Shown: positions 1-35,282 of the stretch, piece after piece
Numbering within the stretch: position 1 is the stretch's first letter
How the letters are laid out: every line of letters starts with the position of its first letter
Assembly: GCA_963693365.1 (NCBI GenBank)
Contig: CAVNZM010000002.1
Coordinates: 1,748,415 to 1,812,414, forward strand
DNA: 64,000 bases
Reading direction: 5' to 3'
From: Amoebidium appalachense
Lineage: Eukaryota > Protista > Ichthyosporea
Position numbers and translations under genes: made by a program
Notes under the pieces: model-generated
Told to the model about the DNA's origin: nothing
The model's database searches: none
What the model saw: the letters and a program-made list of their open reading frames with translations, nothing else

Positions 1-520
1 GTTTCTACCGTGACATATAAGCCTCCAATGCCCATGCTTTTATGTTTAGCCGGGCCCGCCGTGTTTCCGTCCGTTGAAGAAAGAATCGTGAACGGATGGT
101 CCTTTGGTTTGGAGTTTGCTTCTTGGTTTTCTTTTCCAGGCCCAGAGAGCAAGCTAACCAAACCAGGAAGTCGGTAATATCTGGCTTCACGCAACAGAGA
201 CAGTTTGATGTACTTGGGGAGGGATTTCAAAATGCCGTGCAATTCCACCGAGTTAGCTTCACGCATATAATCGAGCAAATAGTTAAAATGTGTGCCGTTC
301 TGTCAACGCCAAACAAATCCGCCTCCTGGAATTCTTGTTCGGAGAGTGCGAGTAGTTCGGTCGCCAAGCGAGAATCAGGAATACTGGTTAGAGTTTTGAG
401 TGAGGTCTCGAACGGAGTTCCGCCAACGCTAAGCTTCACCTTTGTTCTTTGACGGCGCCGCTGGGCTGGGTCTGGTTGTGGGCCCTCTTCGGCGTCGGAA
501 AGCCTCGCAGAGCGCTTCAA
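1..520 (-). CDS. BTB/POZ (KCTD/T1-type) domain protein, 5' part; runs off the window start; apparent 1-bp frameshift near 285-288
   Basis: Translation KVKLSVGGTPFETSLKTLTSIPDSRL...FGVDRTAHI matches the KCTD BTB pattern. Adding one T in the coding-strand T-run (AAAA at 285-288 on +) continues as FNYLLDYMREANS...LLREARYYRLPGLVSLL, open to base 1. Start codon uncertain (TTG at 520). Confidence 0.75.
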
Positions 521-599
521 TTATATGTAGGGGGTGAAAAAACTCAGTTGTCAAACAAACGGTTGTGTCTCCGGCACAGACAGAGTGGCAGACTGACCG

Positions 600-930
600 T
601 TTTCGACCTCTTTACGAAGCGGCCTTCGAACTTGACTGAGTTCCAACTTCCAACTTCCAAGTCGAATCGTCATCTGATGTGAGCCATGTGATTGGCTGAA
701 AAATAAACGCAGAGCTACCATATATGGTAAATTTCAATAATTCTTTGCGTTGATTGGTCCAAGAGCAAACACTAAAATAATGATGTCCAGGCTCCCCGGC
801 GTCCAGCAACTTGCGGCGTCACATTGGCAGTCTAAGTCACGGTCAGTCACTGTTCAGACTCGCTGCCACCCGCCTTGCTCCTCTTGTCTGCATGAGCAAA
901 CTCTGAAGGGGCGATATATACAAGCAAAGA
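600..930. promoter_or_regulatory. Putative bidirectional promoter between the divergent BTB and F-BAR genes
   Basis: About 440 bp of repeat-free sequence separates the divergent starts. Reverse CCAAT boxes (ATTGG) at about 691, 753 and 823; TATATA at about 915. Confidence 0.4.
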
Positions 931-956
931 GTTGTACCATAGCACTAGGTTGAAGA

Positions 957-23731
<22,775 letters not shown>

Positions 23732-24746
23732 TCTATTATTTATATCTAGCCAAGTAGAGCTTGCAGCTGGTAGCAGACACGTGGGCAGTGATAATGATGT
23801 ATGTATATATCATCTACTTAGCCATAAATATGCACAAGTAAATGTGTTTATGTACGTGAAAGGTGTACACAACGAACGTTCGAGTCGGGTCCGTCTGTGA
23901 GCAATCTGGTGCATGTCAAGCATTCCATATATATCCCTGGCATCTGAAGAATGCATATGCATGCGGGGGCTGCGTGTCAGCACCGTGACTTACCCGGTCC
24001 TCTTACGTCTTTTTTTTTCATCCCTCACTGTCCCTCAAGCGTAAAGCAGACCAGCACACCTGAAAACACAGTAATAGAGTAGAGCAATGAAATAACTTTT
24101 GGCATAATGAAAGAGTTTTAGGTTAAATTTAAATAATAACAGTTGGATAAAACTAGATACAGAGCTATGTGGATGACATGCCGATCATTCCCCGCGAGAT
24201 ATCGACTAATAAAAACGCTTTAGCGGCGTTAAAAACATGCCTGAACAGATATTTCTAATCTAATATTAGTTCAAAGGTCCCCAGTGAGTACATGTCATAG
24301 ATAGGGTACGTGGAACTGCTAATGTCACGGAACATGCATGGCGTCTCCCCCGGTAAGCCTTTCTCAAATATTTCTAAGACCACTACAGTATGTAGCTAGC
24401 CCGGCATGAATAAGAAATTGAAGTTTGGAAAGGATTTGCAGATTTCTGTCAGTGTCGAAATGTACGCAGTAGACCTCGCGAGATCGGTGCGCCTATCATA
24501 CCTATCCGGCGATCGTGGGCAATCGGAGCGCTACGGCGTGTATTCGGTGACTTCAGGCTGGGGAGTTCTCTTCAAGCATTATTGATGTTTCGATGCAATA
24601 TTCTTATCTGGAAAAATGAAATATGGCTGTATATATAGGATTATTTTGCTGGGGACTTCAAACAGTGAGGCCACGGTACCAGTCATCCATAGTCATGCGG
24701 CTGTTGTCGACGTCGACTCAATTGAGCTGGGGCTGGGGCTGGGCTC

Positions 24747-25456
24747 CAGGCATGTGGCGGCAGCTGGACCCTCCATGAATTGACTTGACTTGTAATTATA
24801 ATTGAATGGCGAGGCCGGTGAATTGATTTGACTGGAAGTCGTGACTTAGGGGGGTGTGGCTCAAGTCATGACTTTAATCTACTATATTTAGTAATTATTT
24901 GGCCCGTTCCCCCCTCCTCTCCCTCCCCATCCCTCCACCCCGGCCCCCCTAAGGCCCCCTCCCCCCATCCCCCCCTTCTTTCCCTTCCCCCCCAAAAAGT
25001 CATACCTATACCCTGCCATGGTGTCTCGACTTGACTTTGAAAAGTCAGGAGCTTTTTGATTTAAAGTCATGACTCCGAGTCAAGTCGGCACATCCCTGTG
25101 TGGCGGACCCTCGGTGAATTGAATTGACTTACAATTATACTTGATTGTCGAGGTTGTTGACTTGAATTGACTTGAAGTCGCGACTTAGGGGGGTCTGACT
25201 CGAGTCACGACTTTAGTGACTTATTGTTAAATTTAGTAACATTTTTTGGAGCTGACGAGAGGGGCGGGGCATCTCCCCACCTCTCCCGACCCCCTTCCCC
25301 CCCCCCCCCCGGCCCCCCCCTTATATTCCCAACCCCCCTCCCACCCCCTCCAAAGTCACCCATATGTCCTGCCTGATGGCTCGACTTCAACTTAGCAAAA
25401 GTCAGGTGATTTTTTGACTTTAAGTCATGACTCCGAGTCAAGTCACCACATCCCTG
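24747..25456. mobile_element. Non-autonomous hAT-like element with a related element apparently nested at 24761-25098
   Basis: Ends CAGGCATGTGG...CCACATCCCTG. 8-bp TSD CTGGGCTC at 24739-24746 and 25457-25464. Inner unit CAG...CACATCCCTG flanked by TGTGGCGG at 24753-24760 and 25099-25106. Many GACTT/AAGTC subterminal motifs. Confidence 0.8.
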
Positions 25457-26176
25457 CTGGGCTCTGTATCGTCCTGGCTCGGCCGGTGATTGGCTAGCGA
25501 AATTCCGAGCTCCAGGCAGCAGTCTATAGTGGGGGAGCAGCCAGGCCCAGCAGGCGCGGTTTCGTCATAGCATGTGATTCTCAAAAAGGGAGGCTTAGAT
25601 GCTCGATAACGAAATATATGGCAAGCTTTGCTGCTTCCGCCAACATAAAAACGTATGAAAGCTTCCGTGCATATGCCGTCTGCGCAACTTCAAGGGAAGT
25701 GTAGCAGGCCGAGCCTACAGGTTGTACCTTGGGGTCTCATGTTGTTATTGGGTTCAGGTCATGCATTTTTTTTGACTCTCGCTTTGGCATTCTTCGATGA
25801 CTTCTCAGCCAATGGCAGTTGCGAGCCGCAGCCAAAACGAAAGACACAACGGAATGCGCATGAATTTTGTAATCTTTAAATTTTCGAAGCCTTCGAAGTA
25901 TTCTTATGCACAAATAAAACTAGGAAATCATTAATTTTAGCCTGTTAAACTCTCTATAGTTTAATAAATTCTTGTACTACATACATAAATGTTTTTTTGC
26001 TTTAATATGGTTATTTGGATGCATTTTCTCTCCCCATCAACTGTTGATGATCAACATTCTGAATTGAAAATGATATGTTCTTGCAATTTCAAGAGGTTGA
26101 GGTTTAGGAAGAAACGATGGCATGTGCCACTGCGGCCTGGGCCGCCTGGCAGGCGGTGGCGGTGCTGAGGCCTCGG

Positions 26177-26183
26177 TATAAAA
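26177..26183 (+). promoter_or_regulatory. TATA box upstream of the kinase gene
   Basis: GGTATAAAAG about 470 bp upstream of the ATG. A CTAAC...CAG acceptor at about 26603-26615 suggests a 5'UTR intron. Confidence 0.45.
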
Positions 26184-26644
26184 GCCAACTCAGTGTAGGC
26201 CTACCTTGTGCAAATCTTCTCAAGCCCACTCTGCTTCCCACTCAAAGTTTTCCAAACTTCAACCGTGCCGTCTTTCGCCTGCAGGACTTGTGCGTAGGCC
26301 CTCTAGGCTCAATTCGCTCTGCTGGACCTGTTATAGTGTAGTATACCCCTATATACACATATACGTGGCATTCATGCTTCTGTGGCGACACCCTGTGCAT
26401 TCTAGAATTCTTTAGTGAACTGTACTGCCGTTGGAATCCTCTTTACATCTTCTGGTGCATATATCCAGATCTTAACATTTGAGTTTATGAGATGTGTGAC
26501 TGTACCGGAGGCCTTATAACAACACTCATGTTCGATTCACTTTTGCTTCCTGAACCTCAAAACCTCCTCATCTACAATCTTCCTACCAAGGTTACTGTTA
26601 CCCTAACACATCCAGAAGTACGAAACGCTTCGGCTCACAAAACC

Positions 26645-27658
26645 ATGGGTAGAACACTGTGCACCCAAGTGGTTGATGTAGTGTGTTTTCAGCCTGCTGC
26701 TAGTGCTGGACCCGCGGTGAAGATGCTGATCTCAGATGAGATTAGGGTTGAAGATCCCGGTAATGGAGTGCAGTGCCCAACACTTACGAAAACATATGCC
26801 ACGGAAACCATTGAGCCACCATTTTCCTTACAGGGACCGCACCGCTACCATATAAGACGACAGATCGGTAAAGGTGCAGCCGCACGGGTTTTTCTCGCGG
26901 TCGATAAAACAACCGGAGCACCAGTAGCTTTAAAAGAAATGGATAAAGCAAGCTGGCCTACATACAGGCGTGAGCATACTCTGCACAAACTGGCAAGCAA
27001 CCATCCAAACATAGTCAACCTACTCGACTACTACGACGACGGTGCAACCATGACTCTCGTGCTTGAAAACATGTCCGGGGGAGATCTTCTGGATGCCGTT
27101 CTGCCAGATCACGGCCTACCTTACCGACAGGTGCTCGAATATGGCCTTCAGCTCCTCTCTGCCGTAGCACACTTACATGACCTCGGCATTGCCCACAGAG
27201 ACATCAAGCCAGAAAACTGCCTATTGTCTGCGGACAAAAAAACGCTAAAATTGTGCGATTTCGGCCACGCCAGCCAATGTTGTGGTATGACTCTATCCTA
27301 TCTGGGTTCGTGCGGAACGCTTCCATATATGTCCCCTGAGCTGGTGCAAAAGCGTTGCGGCAACTGGCTTGCCGCAGACATGTGGGCCTGTGGGATTCTC
27401 CTCTTCGCCACCGCAACCGGCCGATTTCCATGGTTGGTTGCCTCCTCATCAGTTAACCAGGAATATGCCAGATATACAAATGGCACACATAGTGTTTTGG
27501 AAGCGGTGAGGTGGAATGCCCTGCCCCGCCCGTTCCATAGCCTCATGTGCCAACTGTTAAGTGTAGACCCAAGCAAAAGGCCAAGTGCGCTGGTGGCAAG
27601 GAATTTGATAGCTGACATGCTTGCTGGACAGGCAGATAGAATGGCTGCTGGTGCGTGA
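26645..27658 (+). CDS. Ser/Thr protein kinase (CAMK-group, Chk1/SBK/Ran1-like), CDS without introns
   Basis: ORF 26492-27658 contains IGKGAAARV, VALK, HPNIV, HRDIKPEN, LCDFG, CGTLPYMSPE, DMWACG and GRFPW. Preferred ATG is 26645 (MGRTL); upstream in-frame ATGs exist. Confidence 0.92.
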   Translation: MGRTLCTQVVDVVCFQPAASAGPAVKMLISDEIRVEDPGNGVQCPTLTKTYATETIEPPFSLQGPHRYHIRRQIGKGAAARVFLAVDKTTGAPVALKEMDKASWPTYRREHTLHKLASNHPNIVNLLDYYDDGATMTLVLENMSGGDLLDAVLPDHGLPYRQVLEYGLQLLSAVAHLHDLGIAHRDIKPENCLLSADKKTLKLCDFGHASQCCGMTLSYLGSCGTLPYMSPELVQKRCGNWLAADMWACGILLFATATGRFPWLVASSSVNQEYARYTNGTHSVLEAVRWNALPRPFHSLMCQLLSVDPSKRPSALVARNLIADMLAGQADRMAAGA

Positions 27659-28395
27659 GCCTGTTTGTGTACATACGTAAAGACATGAAGGTTTAGCTTT
27701 TTACGTGTAAGCACACCGACAAAGCATATGCACACCTTTACTTTTGACTGTATGTACCAAGGCACCTTTGTAATAACTACATACTGTTTGACGTTAAAAT
27801 CTTAATGAATAAACACATGTTTTTAGCTGTGAGACCCTTGACCCTATTTTGACGTACGTTCTCAGAAGTTTGTAAATATTTCTGACCATGCTGGAGTTCA
27901 GTAATCCGGCATATCCAGAAATATTAGCACGAGCTGTGTCCGTGCAAACCTGAGGCTCTGCGGGCTGGGGGGGGGGGGGGGGGGGGGGGGGGGATGCACA
28001 TACAAGTGTCCACTCACTCATGCACATACAAGTGTCCACTCAAACTCATCAGGATTGACTGACTAGCCACTATTTGAAGGTGGAAGTCATGGCCAGCACT
28101 CACTGTGAATCGGTACTATTAGGGTACTTCCTAGCTAGACTCACGACGCCGCCAGCAGATTAACGAAAAACTGGGGGCAGGGTGGCTGTTCATGAGACGA
28201 AAGCAAATCAACGCATGTGCCACGGAAACAGCCCCTTTCACAAGAAGCTGTGTAGTGTGCATAAAAGACTCTGCCCCTAAAAAATATATCTCTCGCATCT
28301 CCCTCTGACGAACATTCGTTACTGTTACTGTAATTTCGCCACCCAGAACCTGTACGGTCTTGTGCCTTGGGCCGGGTGTGACGGCAGGCTGTGAC

Positions 28396-28440
28396 CAAGG
28401 CCTCCTAAATACCACACCGTGTGGTATTTAGGAGGCCTTG
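28396..28440. mobile_element. 45-bp palindromic mini-element (two 22-bp arms) with 8-bp TSD
   Basis: CAAGGCCTCCTAAATACCACAC-C-GTGTGGTATTTAGGAGGCCTTG, flanked by GCTGTGAC at 28388-28395 and 28441-28448. Confidence 0.8.
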
Positions 28441-28938
28441 GCTGTGACCCATCTCAGCCTCAGGTAGTCTTCTGGCGCCAAGTGTAGACCCTATAGCTAA
28501 AATATTGGGTCACAGTGATGCTACTCTTTTGTGGATGGCGTCACATGTGACGTAGCACATTCTTATGATTATCGGTGTCGATCGGGCCAATCCGCCAAGA
28601 CCAATCTAGCCTCAAAAAGGCGCATGATATAGCCTATGTAATGTCGCTATTTATATTTTAAATATTTTAAGTAGCCAGTTAATTGTTATTTACAATCTCA
28701 ATATAATTTATAGTAGTTATATAGAGATTTTGATATCGCCGTGCACCTTGTCCGTTTTACCTCGCACATGCGCATGCACCGGCGGCAGCAGCGAATGGTG
28801 GGTACCGGTGCCGGTTACCAGAGGCAGGAGGCATGCTTCTTGTTTTCCAAAAACACTCCTAAGTTGTAGTTGGGCTTTGAACGCTACTTCTTTTAACTTT
28901 TTTCTCTGGGCTTTGTTGGCACTAAGTGTATAGCGAAA

Positions 28939-31462
28939 ATGACGGTCGAGCTTCGACCCAAAAAGCCTAAGGCGGAAGACGCTGTGGAAGAAAAGAAAAA
29001 GAAAACGGAAAAGAAAACGAAAGAGGAAAAGGAGGAGAAGAAGGAAAAGAAGAGCAAAAAGGGAGGGGAAGAGAAGGAGAAAAAGACAAAGAAGAGGGTT
29101 AGGGAGGAGGAAGAGGTGGAGGAGAAGCCCAAGAAAAAGAAGGAGGTGAAGGAAAAGAGCGCAAAGAAGCGTGCGGCGGGCAGCGATGATGAAGAGGACA
29201 AGCCAAAGAAGAAGAAGACGAAGACGGAGGACGACGACGTTCCAAGTGGGTAGCCCTTGCTGCGCGTGTTTATTTAATATGCGAAAAGCAATATGAATTT
29301 TATTTACGTGAGGGGATTTGACGCTTTTTTTGTCCCTTCTTTTTTTTCGAGCTGATAGCATGGCAGACCTTGATCCTGCCAAGCTGCATTTGTACACGGT
29401 GGGATATGCTGGCACGCGTGCCTTTTGCCTTAAACTCAAACAGGCTGCCTGCCTGGCAGTCAGTTCTGCAGGTGTATTGAAGAAAATTCGTACACCTCTC
29501 TCCTCCTCTCCCCCGCCTCCCTGCGAACCAAAAAGGGGAATACGTTTGTTGTGCACACACACGCAGACATACCACCCTTGCAATCCTCCCCCCCCCCCCC
29601 CCCCCCCACCCCACCCCCACCCCCTCGCCATCCTTGCCCCTCCCAGTGGATCCACCCGTCCGTCCTGCCCTAGTCCCTTTGCCTATTCACCAGAAAGCCC
29701 TGCACATACCCCATTAGATATTCCAACTATACCCTATTCCCGCGCATGGTTCATTCCGTCTTTTTGGCACGGCACGTTTACACGGCTACTGACTGCACCG
29801 TACCCTCAGGTGATGCCGAGAGTGTAGGGCCGGCCGACTTCAGCAACTATCGCATATCGAAGGAGACTGTCGAGATTTTGACTAAAAAGGGGATTATTGC
29901 CCTGTTTCCTATTCAGCAGGAATCTTTCAATCCCATCTACGATGGAAAAGACGTGATTGGTCGTGCACGTACGACTCCCCCCCTCCCCCCCCCCCCCCCC
30001 CCTCCCCCCCCCCCCCCCTCCCCTACTAATACACACACACACACAGACGACCACCCAACTCCTTCTTCCAAACCACCACACTTCTTCACCCACTCATCCA
30101 CCGTTGCCCACTTTCGTTTTGTTAGGTTTGTAGGGACACATACACGGGTAGAAATAGGGGTAGAAATCGTTATAAGGAAGGCCCAGATGGTAGTAGGGAG
30201 GTGTCTGTGTGTGGGAGGGGGGAGGGGGGGGGGGGGGGGGGAGAGCTGAAGAGAGTTGGAGGTTCGGGTTGCGAGTTGACTACCGGTGGGTTAAGAGGCA
30301 GAGGCATGGAAGCCCCGAGTGGGGGAAAGGGGGGGGGGGGGGGGGGGGGAGTGGAGGTAGAATGGGAGAGGAACGGTGGGAAGTTCAGGTACGGCTTTAG
30401 GGTTCCTTATAGATCAGAATGTGTTCTTTGCTCTGTGAACTTGAAGTAAGGGTTACTGAGTATTTTTGTTGTGTTATGTATGTGCGTGTTTGTGTGGGAG
30501 GTTATGTATGTGCGTGTTTGTGTGGGAGGATAAAGGAAAAGATGGGAAGTGTGTGAACCCACATGCTGTCATGTGTCCCCGTATGCTTTGGGAAAGGCAC
30601 TAAGGCCATCGTTTCGTTTCAGAAACGAGTCTCTGTACGAGGGATTGTTGGCTGAGCCTGGATTTCTGGGGAAGGGGGAGGGGGGGGGGGGGGGGGGGGG
30701 GGGGCAATCGATATAGAAGCTAAATGATTGGTTGTTAATACTTAAATTATTGACAAGTAAATTGTTGTAAACAGGAACGGGGACGGGAAAGACACTCTCT
30801 TTTGCCCTCCCCATCATTGAAAAATTGAAGAAGAACCCCCCCAGTGGTAGGGGGAGAAAACCAGTGGTGCTGGTCATGGCACCCACACGTGAATTGGCTA
30901 AGCAGGTGGGTGGATGGGTGTGTGTGGTGTGCTGGTGTGTGTATGTGTGTGGGTTGGGGGGAAGGAGGGGGGGGGGGAGTGGGTGTGGGAGGAATAAGGT
31001 TGTGGTGGTGGAGGTTTTTTTTTTTGGGGGGGGGGGGATGGGGGGGGTATGTGAACAGACATGGCATAGGCCGTGCATGTGCTATGAGTGGATATGATGA
31101 TGGATGTGGGTGGGTGGGTTTGAGACGATGCAAAATGAGTTTGACAGGGTTGGTTGGCAGTGCAATTGAGAAATGGGCTGTGGCAGTGTGATTGGTACGC
31201 AGTGCAAGCTGTCTCAGATCCTGTGATGTGATTGGTAGATAGTGCATGAATAATAATTGTGTGTCTGCAGGTGAGCGGGGACTTTGCCATGGTTGGGCCC
31301 GAATTTCAGACCATCTGCATCTACGGAGGGGTGCCCTACTTTGACCAGGGTATTCAACCCGCCCCGCCCCCTTCCCCTCACACACTCGCACATACACACA
31401 CTCACACACACACACACACATTCAGACACATACCATTCTCTTTCATACTCTGGCCGCGGCGG

Positions 31463-31502
<40 letters not shown>

Positions 31503-31880
31503 CCCCGCTTCTCCTTCTTCTCCCTCCCCCCCCCCCCCCCACACACACAACACACACACACAAACACACACACAAACACAAAAACACACACACTAACACA
31601 CACACACACTAACCCGGACGGAGGACACAGCATTCTAGCCTGCCTTTCCCCAACTGAGCGATTGTTCGTTTTCATCTCATCCTTGTGTCTTCTCTCCCTT
31701 CCTTTCTCCGTTTCTTGCCCGCTCCACTCTCCCTCCCTCTCTCTCTGTCTCTGCCCCCCCCCCCTTCCCCTCCCGTTTCCCTCCCACCCGTTTTCCTCGA
31801 TAAAATGAAAAGGAGATTAAGACAGATAACGGTGTATACTCAGTGTTCTTTCTCTCGCTTTCCCTCCCTCCCGTCCCCCC

Positions 31881-31914
<34 letters not shown>

Positions 31915-32351
31915 TCTCTCTCTCTCCCCTTCTCTATCTCCCTCTCTTTCTCTCCCTCCCCATCTCTCGCCCCCCACCCCTCCCCCTCCCCTTTTTGTCT
32001 TCCAGACCTGCATTACATCATTTAAGGTCTATGTCGGAGTTTCTCGATTATGACGTAGCTATGACGTAAGCTATTATGAACGTGATGTCACGAATTTAAA
32101 TATGACGTCATTGGATCACGCACATGGTGGCTCACGGGCAGCCGAAGCCGATAAAACTGAGCGCACTGATTGGTAATTGCCTATGTATTATTTCGTTTTA
32201 GGAAAGTCCGGACATGGATAACAAATTACGTCTCGAGAAACCCCGACATAGTCGTTAAGAGACATCGCCGTGCTCCTCCATCACTTAGCCTGGCGGGGAA
32301 GAGAGGGGGGGGGGCTCTGCAAACAAAAGCCTGTCCACACCGGAACTAACA

Positions 32352-32403
<52 letters not shown>

Positions 32404-33565
32404 CACCCTTGAACACACACACACACACACACACACAGAAAAGGCACTGCGTGACGGTGTGGACATTGTTGTGGGCACCCCGGGCCGTATTCAGGACCAT
32501 CTGGAGAGGGGCAACTTGAGCCTCGGGTACGTGTGTGTGTGTGGGGGGGGGGGGGGGGGGGGGGGGGTTAGTTGGTGGACGGGTGCGTAGGCGGATAAGT
32601 GTGTGTGAGGGGGAGGGGGGGGGGTTTCGGGACTTCTTAATGGGGGGGTGGGTTTGAGGGGGTCGGGACTTCTTAAGGGGGGGGGGGGGGGAGACAGAAA
32701 GTCAAACTTAAGGCACCCAGAACCGTTTGTATGCATGGGTCCTGCGCCATTTTCTCGCTTTTAACCGCATTTCAAATATCAACCAACCAAACGGTGAAGC
32801 CGGGGTTTGTGTGCTTCACCATGCTTGCTTACCTGTTATTTAGACATTTAAGGATGCTATTGTGTTTTATCATTTTAAACAACATTTAATTTTTAACGAC
32901 CAATGGCCAATCCCCGTTAGGTCCATCCGCTATGTTGTGCTCGATGAGGCAGACCAGATGCTGGACATTGGCTTCAAAGACGCCATGGAGACCATCCTGA
33001 AGACCGTGGCACCAAAGGGCAAGCTGGAGGTGTGTGCGTGTATGTGGGTGGGTGGGTGGGGAGGGGGGAGGGGAAGGCGGGGTTGTATGGGTGGAGAGAG
33101 GAGGTCGAGGGTGGTGGGTGTGTGTGTGGGGGGGGGGAGAGTAACTTGTAGTGGGTACAGGGGGGGTATTGACTGGGGTAAGGGGGGAGGGGGCGGGTAG
33201 CAGATTGTTGGGTGAGTAGCAGAGAGGGTTGTGTTGGTCGTATGAGTGGACACAGAAGGGTGGGTAGGTGCTTTGCTTACTGTGTGTACCACAGACGCCC
33301 CGGGGGGGGGGGGGGGGGGGGGGAGTTGCAATGGGTAGGTGCGCGCATTTCTCGTGTTTGGTGGGGAATATTGACTGGGTAGAGTGCTAGTGTGTGTGTG
33401 TTAGAGAGAGAGAGCATGTGTCAGTCTCACGTCCTTCGTTCCCCCCTCCCCCCTCCAACTCCCCCCCACCTTCAGTGGAGAAGATGCATCCGCCTGAGGG
33501 TGTGCGCTCCATGTTACCTGTTAGTAAATTGTACTTCGTGCTGTAGACGGGGTTCCCGTCGCCCC

Positions 33566-33617
<52 letters not shown>

Positions 33618-33978
33618 CCTCCCCCTTGGCGCAAATTCTAATGTCTATTCGTTGTCAACAAGTCATGATAAGGGTAATCTGCCTAAATAAGGCTACATTT
33701 TGCCCACCCGATTGACTGAAACTTACCCTCTGTCCACCTCTCCAGTCCACGCACCAGACTCTGTTGTACTCTGCAACCCTGCCCACGTGGGTCAATGACG
33801 TAGCAAACACATACTGCAAAGATGACAAGGTGTGTGTGTGGGGGGGGGGGGGGGGGGGGGGTTGTTGTCTTGGCTTGGGGGGTCTTCTTTTCCTTTGTTC
33901 TTCCCTGTTGGTGGGGAGAATGGGAAAGATGGGTGTGTGTGGTGTGTGAATGTGCATGGGTGTATGTGTGTGTGTTTG

Positions 33979-34010
<32 letters not shown>

Positions 34011-34115
34011 ATGTGTGCATGCAAGTGGTGGAATGGCTGTATGTATGGGGAGGGTTTGTGGGTAGGTGGTTGGGTGGGTAATACGGGTGTAGGGGAAAGA
34101 CAAGGAGATGTGTAG

Positions 34116-34170
<55 letters not shown>

Positions 34171-35192
34171 AGGGGGGGGAGGGGAGGGGGGGGAGTTGGG
34201 AACGGAAAGAGAATGTGAAGAATTAACTTGAGGCTACAAATGGACGTGCTCGTTGGAATGATGATCGGATGAAATCCCGATGAATCTGGGTGCAAATGTT
34301 TGCTCTTGGTTGCTTGTCGGTGATTAGATCTAATATCGTGTGAGCTCGTGCTGTGGTTGGTGATATCTATTTTTTCCCATGGTATTTGTTCACCAGCTGG
34401 CACTCCGATGAACGCCACCTTTATCTCGCTAAAATTTTAAACTTGGATTTGATTTGCAGGTTGTGATTGATCTTGTTAAAGGCGAGAAGAACAAGACCAA
34501 CACTTTGATCGAGCACATGGCCATCCGGTGTGGCTGGCAGCAGAGGGGCACCACTCTCAGGTACCAAAAAAGGAAATATGGTACAAAATAGGAAATTTGA
34601 TGCAAAAAGGGAAGTATGATACAAAAAAAGGAAATAATGGTGCATAGGAGGAGATTGTGTTAACGAGAAGGAATGAGTGGGACATGATAGAAAAAGATGA
34701 TGGGGAAAACGAAAGAATGGAACATAAAGGAAATGTCGATACAGAAAAAGGGAATGGAAACGATAATGCAAAGAAGGAAGCGTAGGCAAACAACAGTTTA
34801 GCAAGGAATAAAATGACTAATATATTATTCCATGCGAAAAATATGTTGAAGTGGGCCCGCCTGCCTGGTGCGTGTGGGGGCAAGAGAGAGGGGGGGGGGG
34901 GGGGTTGGCAAGCGAAGAAATGATGATACTGTGCCTTGTGTTCTTTGCGTTTCTAGTTAAACCTGTGTTTGATCCACCATTCAAGCTTCTTCCTCTTCCC
35001 GCTTGTGCCCCATACGTCCTGGTAAATCGTATTTCTTTGCTTTGCCTTTCCTGTTCTTTTTTGGCAGCGTCTATGACGACAGCTTTGTTTACATTCCCCC
35101 CTCCCTCGGTCCCGGCCTTTCCGCTTTAGGCTTCCGACACAATCACACTTACTCGGTGGAACACTTACACACTCGTGTACTCACGCACACAT

Positions 35193-35282
<90 letters not shown>

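Noticed and set aside
23990-24060. AG/GT-bounded exon-like block on the - strand
   Set aside because: No recognisable protein and no partner exons.
28717-29655. 312-aa - strand ORF rich in Leu/Phe
   Set aside because: Antisense shadow of the K/E-rich DDX21 exon 1.
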